Assembly (NCBI RefSeq): GCF_006345805.1
Contig: NC_043016.1
Span: forward strand, 434,001-498,000
From: Octopus sinensis
Taxonomy: Eukaryota
Direction of reading: 5' to 3'
Length of the DNA: 64,000 nucleotides
The translations under genes were made by a program, and so were the position numbers. Numbering within the stretch: position 1 is the stretch's first letter; each line of letters begins with the position of its first letter. This document shows positions 13,374 to 24,304 of this stretch, piece after piece. The notes below the pieces were generated by a model, which did no database searches, was not told where the DNA came from, and saw only the letters and a list, made by a program, of their open reading frames with translations.

Positions 13374-13679
13374 CTTTATTAATTTCATCAGAAAAAAAAA
13401 AGATGTACTTTGGGATGTTATATGTGGTCCTATCAATTCATTTCAGCAGGTCCACATATAACATCCCAAGGTATATCTTTTTTTTTTCTGATGAAATTAT
13501 GCTTATGTCACATAAATGCAAATTTAATGTACAAATTTGTAATTAGATTATTGAATATTAATTGAAATGGCTGTAAGAAGCAAACACGACCAATTTGTTA
13601 ATAACAAATAATTGTTAACTTCCTTATCTCCATTTTCTTTCCTACTTTTAACTTTATAATGTATATATCATGTGATCAC

Positions 13680-13985
13680 ATGAACGACCAGGCTATCAGA
13701 TGTTGCTACACATCGCTGGTCACAATGTGCTTCTCATTGTTTTAGCCTTCAAATGACGCCACCCCGCTGGCTAAGTGAGCAGACCAACAGAAGAAAGAGT
13801 GAGAGAAAGTTGTGGCGAAAGAGTACAGCAGGGATCGCCACCCCCCCCCCCCCCCTGCTGGAGCCTCGTGGAACTATAGGTGTTTTCGCTCAATAAACAC
13901 TCACAACGTCCGATCTGGGGATCGAAACCATGATCCTACGACCGCTAGTCTGCTGCCCTAACTACTGGGCCATTGCGCCTCCATA
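13680..13985 (-). mobile_element. tRNA-headed SINE family C
   Basis: Minus head ggaggcgcaatggcccagtagttaggg..gtttcgatccc; collinear copy at 50560-50836. Confidence 0.85.
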
Positions 13986-15661
13986 TATATATATAAGCCC
14001 ATTGTGAGTGTGCGTGTGTATGTATATATATATATATATATATACATACATACACACTCACAATGGGCTTCTTTCAATTTTTGTCTACCAAATCCACTCA
14101 CAAGGCTTTTGTTGGTCTGAGGCAATAGTAAAAGATACTTGCTCAAGATGCCATGCAGTGGGACTGAACCAGGAACCATATAGTTGGGTAGCAAGCATCT
14201 TACCGCACAGCCACACCTGCGCCTATACTCACATTTTCATATTGAAATAAAGAATTAAAGCAAAGGTTCTTTAACAGCTTAACCTTGGCCCAGAAGTATC
14301 CCAGAACAGGCATGTGAGTTGGAGGAATGAATTGCAAAATGTGTAGACATGGTAACCAGAATTTAAAAAAAAAAATGAAAAAAGTCGTGTGGTCATCACT
14401 GGTTTGATTTTCATAACTGTACCCAGATCTGAGCCAAGGCTAAATTTCGACATTTACATTGGAATACCACTATGCACTTGAAAAGTAAGCCATTGTGGTA
14501 TGAATACATACCTTCAAAGGTAGGTAAGTGACTGTAAGGGAGGCAACTGTAGACTTGTGCCGCTTAATTTGTGGATTTGAGTACTTGAGCGTTACCTGTA
14601 GTTTGAATAAGCGTAATTAAAAGACTTATACAATAATTTCAATAAATAATTTAATCTTTTAATCTCACTATAAAAGTAAAGTGTTATCATTCACAGTGAA
14701 TCCAAATTGACCGTTTATTGTTAAAAACAGTATACTTTACATTTCATTACGCGCATACACACCCACACACACGTGATTCAATCCATACATCCATATATAT
14801 ATATATATATTCCAAATATATACACGTTTTTATTATTATTTTGCAATTATTGTTATTTTATATTTAATATTTCTATTATATGTAATTTTCTAGATGTAAT
14901 TTAATTGTTCATTTTGAATTGATAAAAGGTACTTTTTTTCTAATTTTTACATATATATTATATTTTGTGAAATTTGATTTAGTATTTCTAAATTGAATTT
15001 TTCCCTGTAAGTGAGGAACTATATTCCCTCAAAAAATTATCATTATTACATATATATATATATACTGGCGTGTTTGGAAAATAAGTGTTTTTTTGCCACT
15101 ATGAAATATGACTCAACCAATCACTTCAGAACCAAGGTTGAATGGGCAACAACTGTCTAGAAATAGTATGGTCATCTCTTCTATGAGGGAGTGTGTCATT
15201 TAAAATTATTTGAGTAATTTACCTCATGGAGGATAAGGACTTTACGAACCAGTATACATATTCGTCATTGCTTACTGCAGGAGTTTAAAAAAAAAAAGAA
15301 CTGCCCCTACAGAAGCAATGAAAAGCATTTGGGAAATGTGTGTGCGTGTGTTTGCTTATGCTTAAAGATCTATAAAATAATTATCATTTTGAGACAGTTA
15401 CTGGCATGGATATGATTAGCTTAAACCTTTGAGAGTGGTTCCTCAGTATGGTTGAAGTCCAAAGAGAGTGGTTCCTCAGTATGGTTGAAACTATTAAAAG
15501 AAAGAAAAAACAAGCAAAAAAGAAGACAAAGGAGGAGGAGAAGGAAGAGGAGGAGGATGTGAAGATGGAGGAAGAAGAAAAGAAGGAAGAACGAAGAAGA
15601 GGAGGAAGGAGGAGAAGAAAAAGAAGAGAAAAAAAACAACAACTGTCAATTATGCAAAATC

Positions 15662-15667
15662 TTTATT
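15662..15667 (-). terminator. Candidate polyadenylation signal (AATAAA) for the VKOR gene
   Basis: Plus-strand tttatt reads AATAAA on minus, about 47 nt after the stop. The motif is common in AT-rich DNA, so use is unproven. Confidence 0.35.
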
Positions 15668-15713
15668 TCTTTCTTTGATTGTTTCGGGAGCCATGATTGT
15701 TTGTTAAACGGGA

Positions 15714-15907
15714 TTAAACAGTCATTTTGTTGTAGGCAGAATAGTTTAAAACCAGAATACATGCATTGATGACATAGGTTGCCATACACAAGATACAGAG
15801 GTCTTTGAGCACAAAGACAAGAATATATGCCAAATATACACAGCCAAGCACCGAGATCAAAGCAGACCAGTAAAGCATGTAAATTGGTATATAACCAGGA
15901 AAAAAAC
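15714..15907 (-). CDS. VKORC1: Vitamin K epoxide reductase, coding exon 3 with CXXC active site and stop
   Basis: ttttcag|GT TTT TTT CCT ... GTT TAA gives (S)FFPGYIPIYMLYWSALISVLGCVYLAYILVFVLKDLCILCMATYVINACILVLNYSAYNKMTV*. CILC followed by TY matches human CIVCITTYAIN. Phase fits exon 2; joined CDS is 492 nt. Confidence 0.97.
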
Positions 15908-17309
15908 CTGAAAATTTAAACAGAAATATAAATTAAAGAATCCTTTATCATTTAGATCAAGTGGGTGTTGCATTTTATCTTTTTTTTTTAAAGAAAAATT
16001 TAGTTTAGAAAATTATATAATAACTAAGCATAGAATATGAATCTTTTATTAGACTGCGGTCATGCTGGGGCACCACCTTGAATTTGTAGTCGAATCAACC
16101 CCAGTACTTCTTTTTTAAGCCTGGTATCTATTTTAGTTCAAATTCCGCCGAGGTCGACTTTGCCTTTCATCCTTCTAGGGTCGATTAAGTAAGTACCAGT
16201 ACGACTGGGGTCGATGTAATCGACTTTATCCGTTTGTCTCTCCTTGTTTGACCCCCTCAATGTTTAGCCCCTTGTGGGTAGTAAAGAAATAGGCATGTTA
16301 AAAGCATCAAGCACACATTGTAAAGTGAGTGATGTTAGGAAGCTGTAGAAACCCAAGCCAGATCAGACTGGAACCTGGTGTAGCTACCCAGCTTTCCGGT
16401 TCTGGTCAAACCATCCAACAACCCATGCCAGCATGGAAAAACGGACATTTGATGATGATGATGATGATGATAGTAGGAGCTCCATATATGTGAGTTATAC
16501 AACTTTAATTAGCTGAGATTTTATATGCAATTAATTAGGCAAAACTAACTCTGCTGAAGTTTTTTCACGTCTAAATGAGAACATGTAAGGGAGATAATTC
16601 ACATAAATCAACTAACTGACATTTTGGATTAAAAGACTCCACTGGTTGGTGCTTTTTACGTGCCACCGGCACGGAAGCCAGTCAAGGTGGGTGTGGCATC
16701 GGCCACATTCGGATGGTGCTTTTTACGTGCCTATATATATATATATATATATATAGTAATGATAATAATAATCCATGGATGCAATTTAAAAATATTTTAA
16801 TGCATTGCTACAGGCATAATGATGTATTGGGATATTTGTAAATTCCATCCAAGGATTATATTATTATTATTATTACTGTATTTATCCTACATTATATCGG
16901 CACAGCTCGGTGTGACCCCAAGAAACTGATATCACTAGTTGGCAGTATTAGGCAATAGCTGGCATAATGGAATAGGCGCTTTTATATGGATATTCAAAAT
17001 GTTCCCCGTAAACTAATATACCAAACAAGCATGGAATATGAATACACATACACACACATATATATGTATATATGTGTATGTGTATGTATTCATATTCCAT
17101 GCTTGCCTGATACATTAGTTATTATATAATATTCTAAACCAGGCCTGGCCAACTCAAATTACATAGCAGACCACTTTAATCACAGAAAGCTTTTTGAGGG
17201 CCGCTTGGAAACTGACAGAATTGAAAGCATTTTGCTTTTTCATCCTATTATTACAATAATGAATGAATGCTCGTTGACTTCACATGAAATATTATCGTTG
17301 CAAAAACAG

Positions 17310-17610
17310 TAGGCACATGGCCTAGTGGTTAGAGCAGTGGACTCGCGGTCGAGGGATCGCGGGTTCAAATCTCAGACTGGGTGATGTGTGTGTTTATGAG
17401 CAAAATACCTAAGCTCCATGCGGATCAGGCAGAAGGTAATGGCGAACTTCTGCTGACTCTTTCGCCACAACATTCTCTCACTCTTTCCTCCTGCATCTTG
17501 CAGCTCACTTGCAATGGACCGGCGTCCTGTCCAGATGGGGAACCTATACACCAAGGAAACCGGTCCTTATGAGCCAGGCATGGCTCGAGAAGGAACGAAC
17601 AAACAAAAAC
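17310..17610 (+). mobile_element. tRNA-headed SINE nested in the hAT element
   Basis: A box tggcctagtgg, B box gggttcaaatc, (AAAC) tail; head shared with the 13680 and 50560 copies. Confidence 0.8.
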
Positions 17611-17682
17611 AGCAGATTCTTTCTTTTTTACTTTACATTACAATCTTTAATTTTTGATAACATTTTAAAAATGCTTGTTTAA

Positions 17683-17888
17683 CCCTTTCGTTACCAACCT
17701 GGCTGAAACCGGCTCTGGCTCTGTAGTACAAATGTTTTGTTTTCATAAGTTTTGAATTAAAATCTTAGTCACAATTTATGTTTATAACACTAGTTGAATG
17801 TTAACTAGTTATTTTACTAAATTCTTTGTTATATTTAAAGTATTTGAAAGAAATACAGAGCATCTCAAAATAAATACAGTAACGAAAG
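17683..17888 (+). mobile_element. piggyBac-type MITE (3' end clipped)
   Basis: ttaa|ccctttcgttac...gtaacgaaag; collinear with 22085-22304. Confidence 0.8.
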
Positions 17889-18093
17889 TCTATGGGTCTC
17901 ATGTGTCCTGAGGACCTCAGGTTGGCCGGCTCTGTTCTAAACAAAAGAATAGATCAATATGAAAACACATGTCTGCAGAACAGATTGATGTGAAATGGTT
18001 TGGGTCTGATATTGTTTACATTCTGAGGTCACTAGTGTGGTTTGACAAGAGGACTAAAGGTGAGTTAAAAAAAATAAACGATGGTATGTTGGC

Positions 18094-18471
18094 ATCTCTA
18101 AATATATAAACGGCAAAATGTCTGTCTGTGTGTGTGTGTGTGTATCCTTTATACAAATCCACAATTTTTCAGTTAGAGGGCTTGCACTTTCAATGGTCAT
18201 TCAAAACCGTCCAAGGATGGTCGTGCACATCTTTACATTTCCCCAGTTACCCCGCAAAGCCATTAAAAAATCAATAGAAGTGACTTTTTTGTGAATTTTC
18301 TACCCAAAATCCAATCAAAATGCCCAAAACTTGATACGCCAATTGAATGCCAGCTAGCTGTATGTGATTGGTCAGAGATTTGGACAGTACTCACGTGTAT
18401 GTGCACATGCATGCAGCTGTATATGCATGCACTAGCACTATGACCTGGCAACGCCGGGTCATAGTGCTAGT
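18094..18471 (+). mobile_element. Helentron/DINE-1-like non-autonomous element (HINE), family 1
   Basis: Starts ctaaatatataaa, has a (gtct/gt)n microsatellite, ends gcaacgccgggtcatagtgctagt; reverse copies at about 34122-34392 and 41582-41895. Confidence 0.7.
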
Positions 18472-18500
18472 ATAAAAGAAGACAGTATGAAAGAACTTAC

Positions 18501-18610
18501 TCAAGATTATCTGTGCTGCATAGAAGAGGATTCCAAGATTACAGTTTCTCACATTCATGAAATTTTCTTTTCCAACCAATGCTTCAACAATCCCAAAACC
18601 TCGTCCATAT
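18501..18610 (-). CDS. VKORC1: Vitamin K epoxide reductase, coding exon 2 (110 nt)
   Basis: cccag|A TAT GGA CGA GGT ... ATC TTG A|gtaagt gives (K)YGRGFGIVEALVGKENFMNVRNCNLGILFYAAQIIL(S), matching human [37 protein letters not shown]. Phase 2 in, phase 1 out; 110 nt as in human exon 2. Confidence 0.97.
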
Positions 18611-20247
18611 CTGGGATATAATGAGGATAATGAGAATCGTCAGATTAGCGAACTAAGAATATAACAATAACAAAATTATAACTACAACAACAACAACATA
18701 TCTCACTGATTTCATTAACCATCATCACCATCAACATGAAGACCATCACCATCATCATCATCATGATCCTTATCACTGCTGCTGCTATCGCTGGTATTGT
18801 TTTCGGTCATGTTTGTTTGCTTGTCTATCCATGGATAAGATATCTCAAGAACTGCTGGATGGATTTAGATGAAACTTTCAGGAATGTTTGGCCTTATGAC
18901 TGGCACAAACTGATTAGATTATGGGATTGATCCAGTACTGGACAAGGATTCTGGATTCATCATCATCATCATCGTTTGCTAGCATGGTTGGACGATTTTG
19001 ACTGAGGGCTGGTGAACCAGATGGCTGCATCAGGCTCTAATCTTGATTTGGCAGAGTTTCTACAACTGGATGCCCTTCCTAATGCCAACCACTCCAAGAG
19101 TGTAGTGGGTGCTTTTTACGTGCCACCATGAAGTATTATGATCTTACAAACATGGCCCGCACACTCACCTTCACATTCCATGACTACCATTGGGATTGAT
19201 CAGGTACCGGACAAGGATTCTGGATTATTTTTCCAGTTTTTTTCACTTAATTTTTGAGAGTGGTCGGTCCTTTTTTAGTATTCTCGTTTGTGAGAACATT
19301 TGAATTTATTTCGGATATTGTATTTCTAGCAAAATGCAAGTTAAGGTATGACATAGTACCAGTTTCTGCTATCCATATCATGTAGACTTAATCTAGAATA
19401 TTGGTTCACTCTGTCTTACAAATTTGTCTTGTAATTATAAACTATTATTGACAACATAATCAATAATTTACATATAAAATATTGGTTTTAAATTTTGGAC
19501 CAAGGCCAGTAATTTCAAGGAATGAGGTGTCTTCTTTGCAACTAACTCGGAACAGCAGAGATCACATTTGTGCACTGACCGACCGGCCGGCACACGCACT
19601 CGTGCTCGATACCTAAGTCGATTATATTGGCCAATAGTGCTCAACTGGTACTGATTTTATTAAGGCGGCGAGCTGGCAGAAACGCTAGCATGCTGGGTGA
19701 AATACTTAGCGGTATTTTGTCTGCCGCTACGTTCTGAGTTCAAATTCTGCCGAGGTCGACTTTGCCTTTCATCCTTTCGGGGTCGATTAAATAAGTACCA
19801 GTTACACACTGGGATCGATATAATCGACTTAATCTGTTCTTGTTTGTCCTTTCTGTGTTTAGCCCCTTGTGGGTAGTAAAGAAATAGAAATAGGTACTGA
19901 TTTTATTGACCCCAAAACTGATGGAATTTGAACGCAGAAGATAAAGATGGACTAAATGAATGTTAAGCATTTTGTCCGGGTTGCTAACAATTCTGCCAGC
20001 TTTCTCCCTTGCATATAAAATACTGGTTTTAAATTCTGGCAAAAGGCCCACATATTCAGTAGAGGGCTGAGTTGATTATATCGAACCCCAGTGCTCAACT
20101 GGTACTTATTTTATCGACCCTGAAAAGATGAAAGGCAAAGTCAACCTTAGTGGGATTTGAACTCAGAATGGAAAAGATGGATGAAATGCTGCTAAGCATT
20201 TTGTTCTGGTGTGCTAAAGATTGCTGCCTTGCATATAAAATATTACA

Positions 20248-20411
20248 TAGGCGCAGGAGTGGCTGTGTGGTAGCAGTTTACTTACCAACCACATGGTTCT
20301 GGGTTCAGTCCCACTGCATAGCACCTTGGGCAAGTGTCTTCTACTATAGCCTCAGGCTGACCAAAGCCTTGTGAGTGGATTTGGTAGATGGAAACTGAAA
20401 GAAGCCTGTCG

Positions 20412-20444
<33 letters not shown>

Positions 20445-20950
20445 GTAGCCTCAGGCCGACCAAAGCCTTGTGAGTGGATTTTGTAGATGGAAACTGAAAG
20501 AAGCCTGTCGTATATATATATATATATATATATAGGTGCAGGAGTGACTGTGTGGTAAACAGCTTGCTTACCAACCACATAGTTCTTGGTTCAGTTCCAC
20601 TGCGTGGCACCTTGGGCAAGTGTCTTCTACTATAGCCTCGGGCTGACCAAGGCCTTGTGAGTGGATTTGGTAGATGGAAACTGAAAGAAGCCTGTCGTCT
20701 CTCTCTCTCTATATATATATATATATGTATGTGTGTGTATATTTTTGTGTGTCTGTGTTTGTCCCTCCAACATCGCTTGACAACCGATGGTGGTGTGTTT
20801 ACCACCCCCTAACTTGGCAGTTCGGCAAAATAGACCGATAGAATAAGTACAAAGCTTACAAAGAATAAGTCCTGGGGGTCGATTTGCTTGACTAAAGGCA
20901 GTGCTCCAGCATGGCAGCAGTCAAATGACTGAAACAAGTAAAAGAGTAAA
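20248..20950 (+). mobile_element. CORE-type SINE cluster with internal reiteration
   Basis: Block tagcctc.ggc.gaccaa.gccttgtgagtggattt.gtagatggaaactgaaagaagcctgtcgt occurs three times (near 20347, 20446, 20633), each followed by (CT)/(TA) repeats. Confidence 0.88.
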
Positions 20951-21361
20951 GAGAATATAATATACCTGTGACCATATAAACAAAGTGCTCACCAAAGATA
21001 TAAATTCTGTCTGCCATTTACGGAGTGCAGATTTATTTTGCTTGTCTGATTCAAGTAAATAGCATTTGCATATTTTTTTCATCAATGAGAAAGACAAGAT
21101 AAATTTTTGTATTCTATATCAGTTTGTTAATTTTTTTGTTGTTGTTGTATCTCAGGAGGGTTACTATGTCAATAATAAACACACACACACACACACACGC
21201 ACAAGGGTTCTTTTCCAATTCTTTTATTTTTATCAGTCAATTTGGTTAATCATGTAACTAATTAACTAATCGACTGTTTCGTTAATTGCTTAGTCAATCA
21301 ACCAATAAGATAGATTTGTCAGAGTTCTTTCATTGCTATTAGCTGTGTAACGTTACCACAC

Positions 21362-21700
21362 ATCATCATCATCATCGTTTAACGTCCGTTTTCCATGCTA
21401 GCATGGGTTGGACGGTTCGACTGGGGTCTGGGAAGCCAGGAGGCTGCACCAGGCTCCAGTCTGATCTGGCCGTGTTTCTACAGCTAACCACTCCGTGAGT
21501 GTAGTAGGTGCTTTTTATGTGCCAGGTGAGGCAGGCAACGGCCACGATCGGTTGGTGCTGTTTACATGCCACCGGCACAGAGGCCAGTCGGGGCGGCGCT
21601 GGCAATGGCTACGTTTGGATGGTTCTTTTACGTGCCACCGGCACTGGTATCACAACTACAATTTCCATTGATTTTTTATCAATTTCGATTTCATTTGCCT
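21362..21700 (-). mobile_element. V-domain-like SINE with a (GAT)n tail, representative
   Basis: Plus-strand catcatcatcgtttaacgtccgttttccatgctagcatggg...; family copies carry ggatgcccttcc (minus GGAAGGGCATCC). Others at about 9575-9870, 11985-12150, 16310-16470(+), 18960-19130, 22620-23245(+). Confidence 0.75.
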
Positions 21701-22084
21701 TAACAGGTCTTCACAAGCAGAGTTTTGTGTCCCAAGGAGGAAAGGTATGCATAAGTGGACTGGCTACATCCCAGGTAAAGGCCACGGGTTATGGTCTCAC
21801 TTGTCCTGTCGGGTCTTCTCACGCACAGCATATTTCCAAAGGTCTTGGTCGACAATATATAAACAAGGTGAGAAAAAAATTGGGAATAAGATGAATCAGG
21901 TGTAAGAGAGAAAACTGTGTCAGTGTGGACAAGCATGTAATACATATAACGGATGAAAACTGCATAAAGTGCTGAGCACTCGATGGTCATAGGCACTGTT
22001 CTACAAATACCCAAGATGTACATCAACCGCATCAAAATAATCTCACCATTCTTGGAGGCTCTGTATAAGTGACAACAGCATTAA

Positions 22085-22304
22085 CTCTTTCGTTACCAAC
22101 CCAGCTGAAACTGCCTCTAGCTCTGTAGTACAAATGTCTTGTTTTCATAAGTTTTGAATTAAAATCTTCCACCAAACCTTAATCACAATTTATGTTACTA
22201 ACACTAGCTTAATGATAACTAAGTTATTTTACTAAATTCTTTGTCATATTTAAGGTGATTGAAAAAACACAGGGCATCTCAAAATAAATACAGTAACAAA
22301 AGGG
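22085..22304 (+). mobile_element. piggyBac-type MITE with TTAA TSD
   Basis: ttaa|ctctttcgttac...gtaacaaaaggg|ttaa. Confidence 0.85.
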
Positions 22305-22737
22305 TTAAAAACAGAATTTCCATCCCTTCCTTTGACAATCTTCTAAAATATAATTTCAAAAATAGGACAGTTACAAATAGCAAGCTTACTTCCCAACCAG
22401 GTGGTTCTGGGTTCAGTTCCACGGTGTAACACCTTGTGCAAGTGTCTTCTGCTATAGCCTTAGGCAACCTTGTGGATTTGGTGGATGGAGACTGAAAGAA
22501 GTGAGTGACTGAGACCTTTCATGATATGCTGTGCTTCAGAAGATTCATCAAGCCAAGTGAAATCATAGTTAGGATAAGGGTTAGGGTTGCCAATGTCATA
22601 TGAATGACACCTGTAGTTGTGGCTGTTGCTGGTGTTATGTAGATGGCACCCATGCCGGTGGCTTGTAAAAAGCGCCCATTACACTCTTCGAGTGGTTGGC
22701 ATTAGGAAAGGTATCCAGCCATAGAAACTATGCCAAA

Positions 22738-23134
22738 AGTGGCGAGCTGGCAGAAACATTAGCACGCCGGGTGAAATGCTTAGTGGTATTTCGTCTGCGG
22801 TTACGTTCTGAGTTCAAATTCCGCCGAGGTCGACTTTGCCTTTCATCATTTTTGGGGTCATTAAATTAAGTACCAGTTACGCAGTTAATCCGTTTGTCTG
22901 TCCTTGCTTGTCCTCTACATGTTTAGCCCCTTGTGGGTAGTAAAGAAATAGGTATTTTGTCTGCTGTTACGTTCTGAGTTCAAATTCTGCCGAGGTTGAC
23001 TTTGCCTTTCATCCTTTCGGGGTCGATAAATTGAGTACCAGTTGAACACTAGGGTTAATGTAATCGACTTAATCCGTTTGTCTGTCCTTGTTTGTCCCCT
23101 CTATGTTTAGCCCCTTGTAAGCAATAAAGAAATA
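22738..23134 (+). mobile_element. Family A SINE dimer inserted in a V-type SINE with a 15-bp TSD
   Basis: TSD agaaactatgccaaa at 22723-22737 and 23135-23149; internal junction aaagaaata|ggtatt. Confidence 0.92.
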
Positions 23135-23405
23135 AGAAACTATGCCAAATCAGACTGGAACTTGGTGCAGTTCTTCAGCTTCCCAGTTCCAGTGAAACCA
23201 TAAACATCTAACACATGCCAGTATGGAAAGCGGACGTTAAAAGATGGTGATAAATATATATGTGTGTGTGTGTTTTGTCTTTGCATCTATATTTGTCAGT
23301 TAACACTGCTTGACAACCATGCTGGTGTGTTTATGTCTCTGTAACCTAGCAGTTCATCATCAGAGATCGATAGAATAAGTACCAAGCTTAAAGAAAATAA
23401 GTACT

Positions 23406-23693
23406 TGTACTTGTGGCGACATTCATGCTGGGCGGGTTGAGTCGGCTTCTTCTACCACCCTCGAGGCATCTCTAACCATGGCAGCCCACACACGATGGTC
23501 CTGCGCCTAGTTCACTGGAGATAGCGAGCCAGTTATGGTTCCATTGGCGCAGGCCCACCACCTGCGGACCCGTGAGCACGGAGAGGTCCTCCTTGACCAT
23601 TGTAACCCAGGTCTTCAGCTGCCTGCCAGCGCGTTTCCACCAGTTGGGAAGTGGAGTTGGGAGAAGGACATCACGGCTCAGTTCATCCAACTG
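23406..23693 (-). mobile_element. 5'-truncated RTE-clade LINE fragment with a 16-bp TSD, inside a CORE-type SINE in a VKOR intron
   Basis: Translates ELSRDVLLPTPLPNWWKRAGRQLKTWVTMVKEDL (RTE ORF C-terminus type); tail CAAGTACAAGTAC; TSD aaagaaaataagtact at 23390-23405 and 23694-23709. Confidence 0.8.
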
Positions 23694-23806
23694 AAAGAAA
23701 ATAAGTACTGAGGTTGATTCATTCCACTAAAAATCCTTTGTGGTGGTGCCCCAGTATGGCCGCAGTCTGCTGACTGAAATGTGTGAAAAGTAAATAAGTT
23801 ACTTAC

Positions 23807-23994
23807 TTTGATGTCAAAACTTTTGAACAGCTAACATTGTTACCCAAATCACAAACAGCTTTGAAAGTTGGATCTGCTTCTTTCCGGATTTCTACATAAA
23901 GCGCATAGATGCTGAGGAGAATGCCCACAAAACTGAATATGATTCTATCTGTTGAGTTGTCCATGAAAAAATAATAGATCTGGGCAGTTTCCAT
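23807..23994 (-). CDS. VKORC1: Vitamin K epoxide reductase (VKORC1/VKORC1L1 co-ortholog), coding exon 1
   Basis: Translates METAQIYYFFMDNSTDRIIFSFVGILLSIYALYVEIRKEADPTFKAVCDLGNNVSCSKVLTS(K): TM1 plus the loop C-x7-C motif (human ALCDVGTAISCSRVFSS). ATG context aaaccATGG; phase-2 donor AA|gtaagt at 23806. A polypyrimidine tract and AG acceptor at 24003-24047 indicate an upstream exon. Confidence 0.96.
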
Positions 23995-24304
23995 GGTTTG
24001 ACCTTAAAATGAAACGAAAAGGAGAAAAATAATTAAATAAAAAGTACCTGAAACTATAACAATAATAATAATGATAATGAAATTATTGTATACAGTGCTC
24101 AGGTGCACCACAACTTGTCAAAAAGTACATATAAAGCATATGCAGGAGTGGCTGTGTGGTAAGTAGCTTGTTTACCAACCACATGGTTCCGGGTTCAGTC
24201 CCACTGCGTGGCACCTTGGGCAAGTGTCTTCTACTATAGCGGTGCTCCAGCATGGCCGCAGTCAAATGACTGAAACAGGTAAAAGAGTAAAAGAGTAATG
24301 TACA

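Larger units (their letters stand above)
17140..17934. mobile_element. Non-autonomous hAT element with a perfect 8-bp TSD, carrying a nested SINE and piggyBac MITE
   Basis: TIRs caggcctggccaac/gttggccggctctg; TSD ttctaaac at 17132-17139 and 17935-17942. Confidence 0.85.

Noticed and set aside
14429-14520. Plus-strand exon-like segment with gtaag donors
   Set aside because: Stops in all three frames; could be non-coding but unsupported.
13680-17400. tRNA genes at SINE heads (13910-13985 and 17310-17380, also 28033-28110 and 50760-50836)
   Set aside because: A/B boxes are present but acceptor stems are incomplete and each continues into a SINE body.
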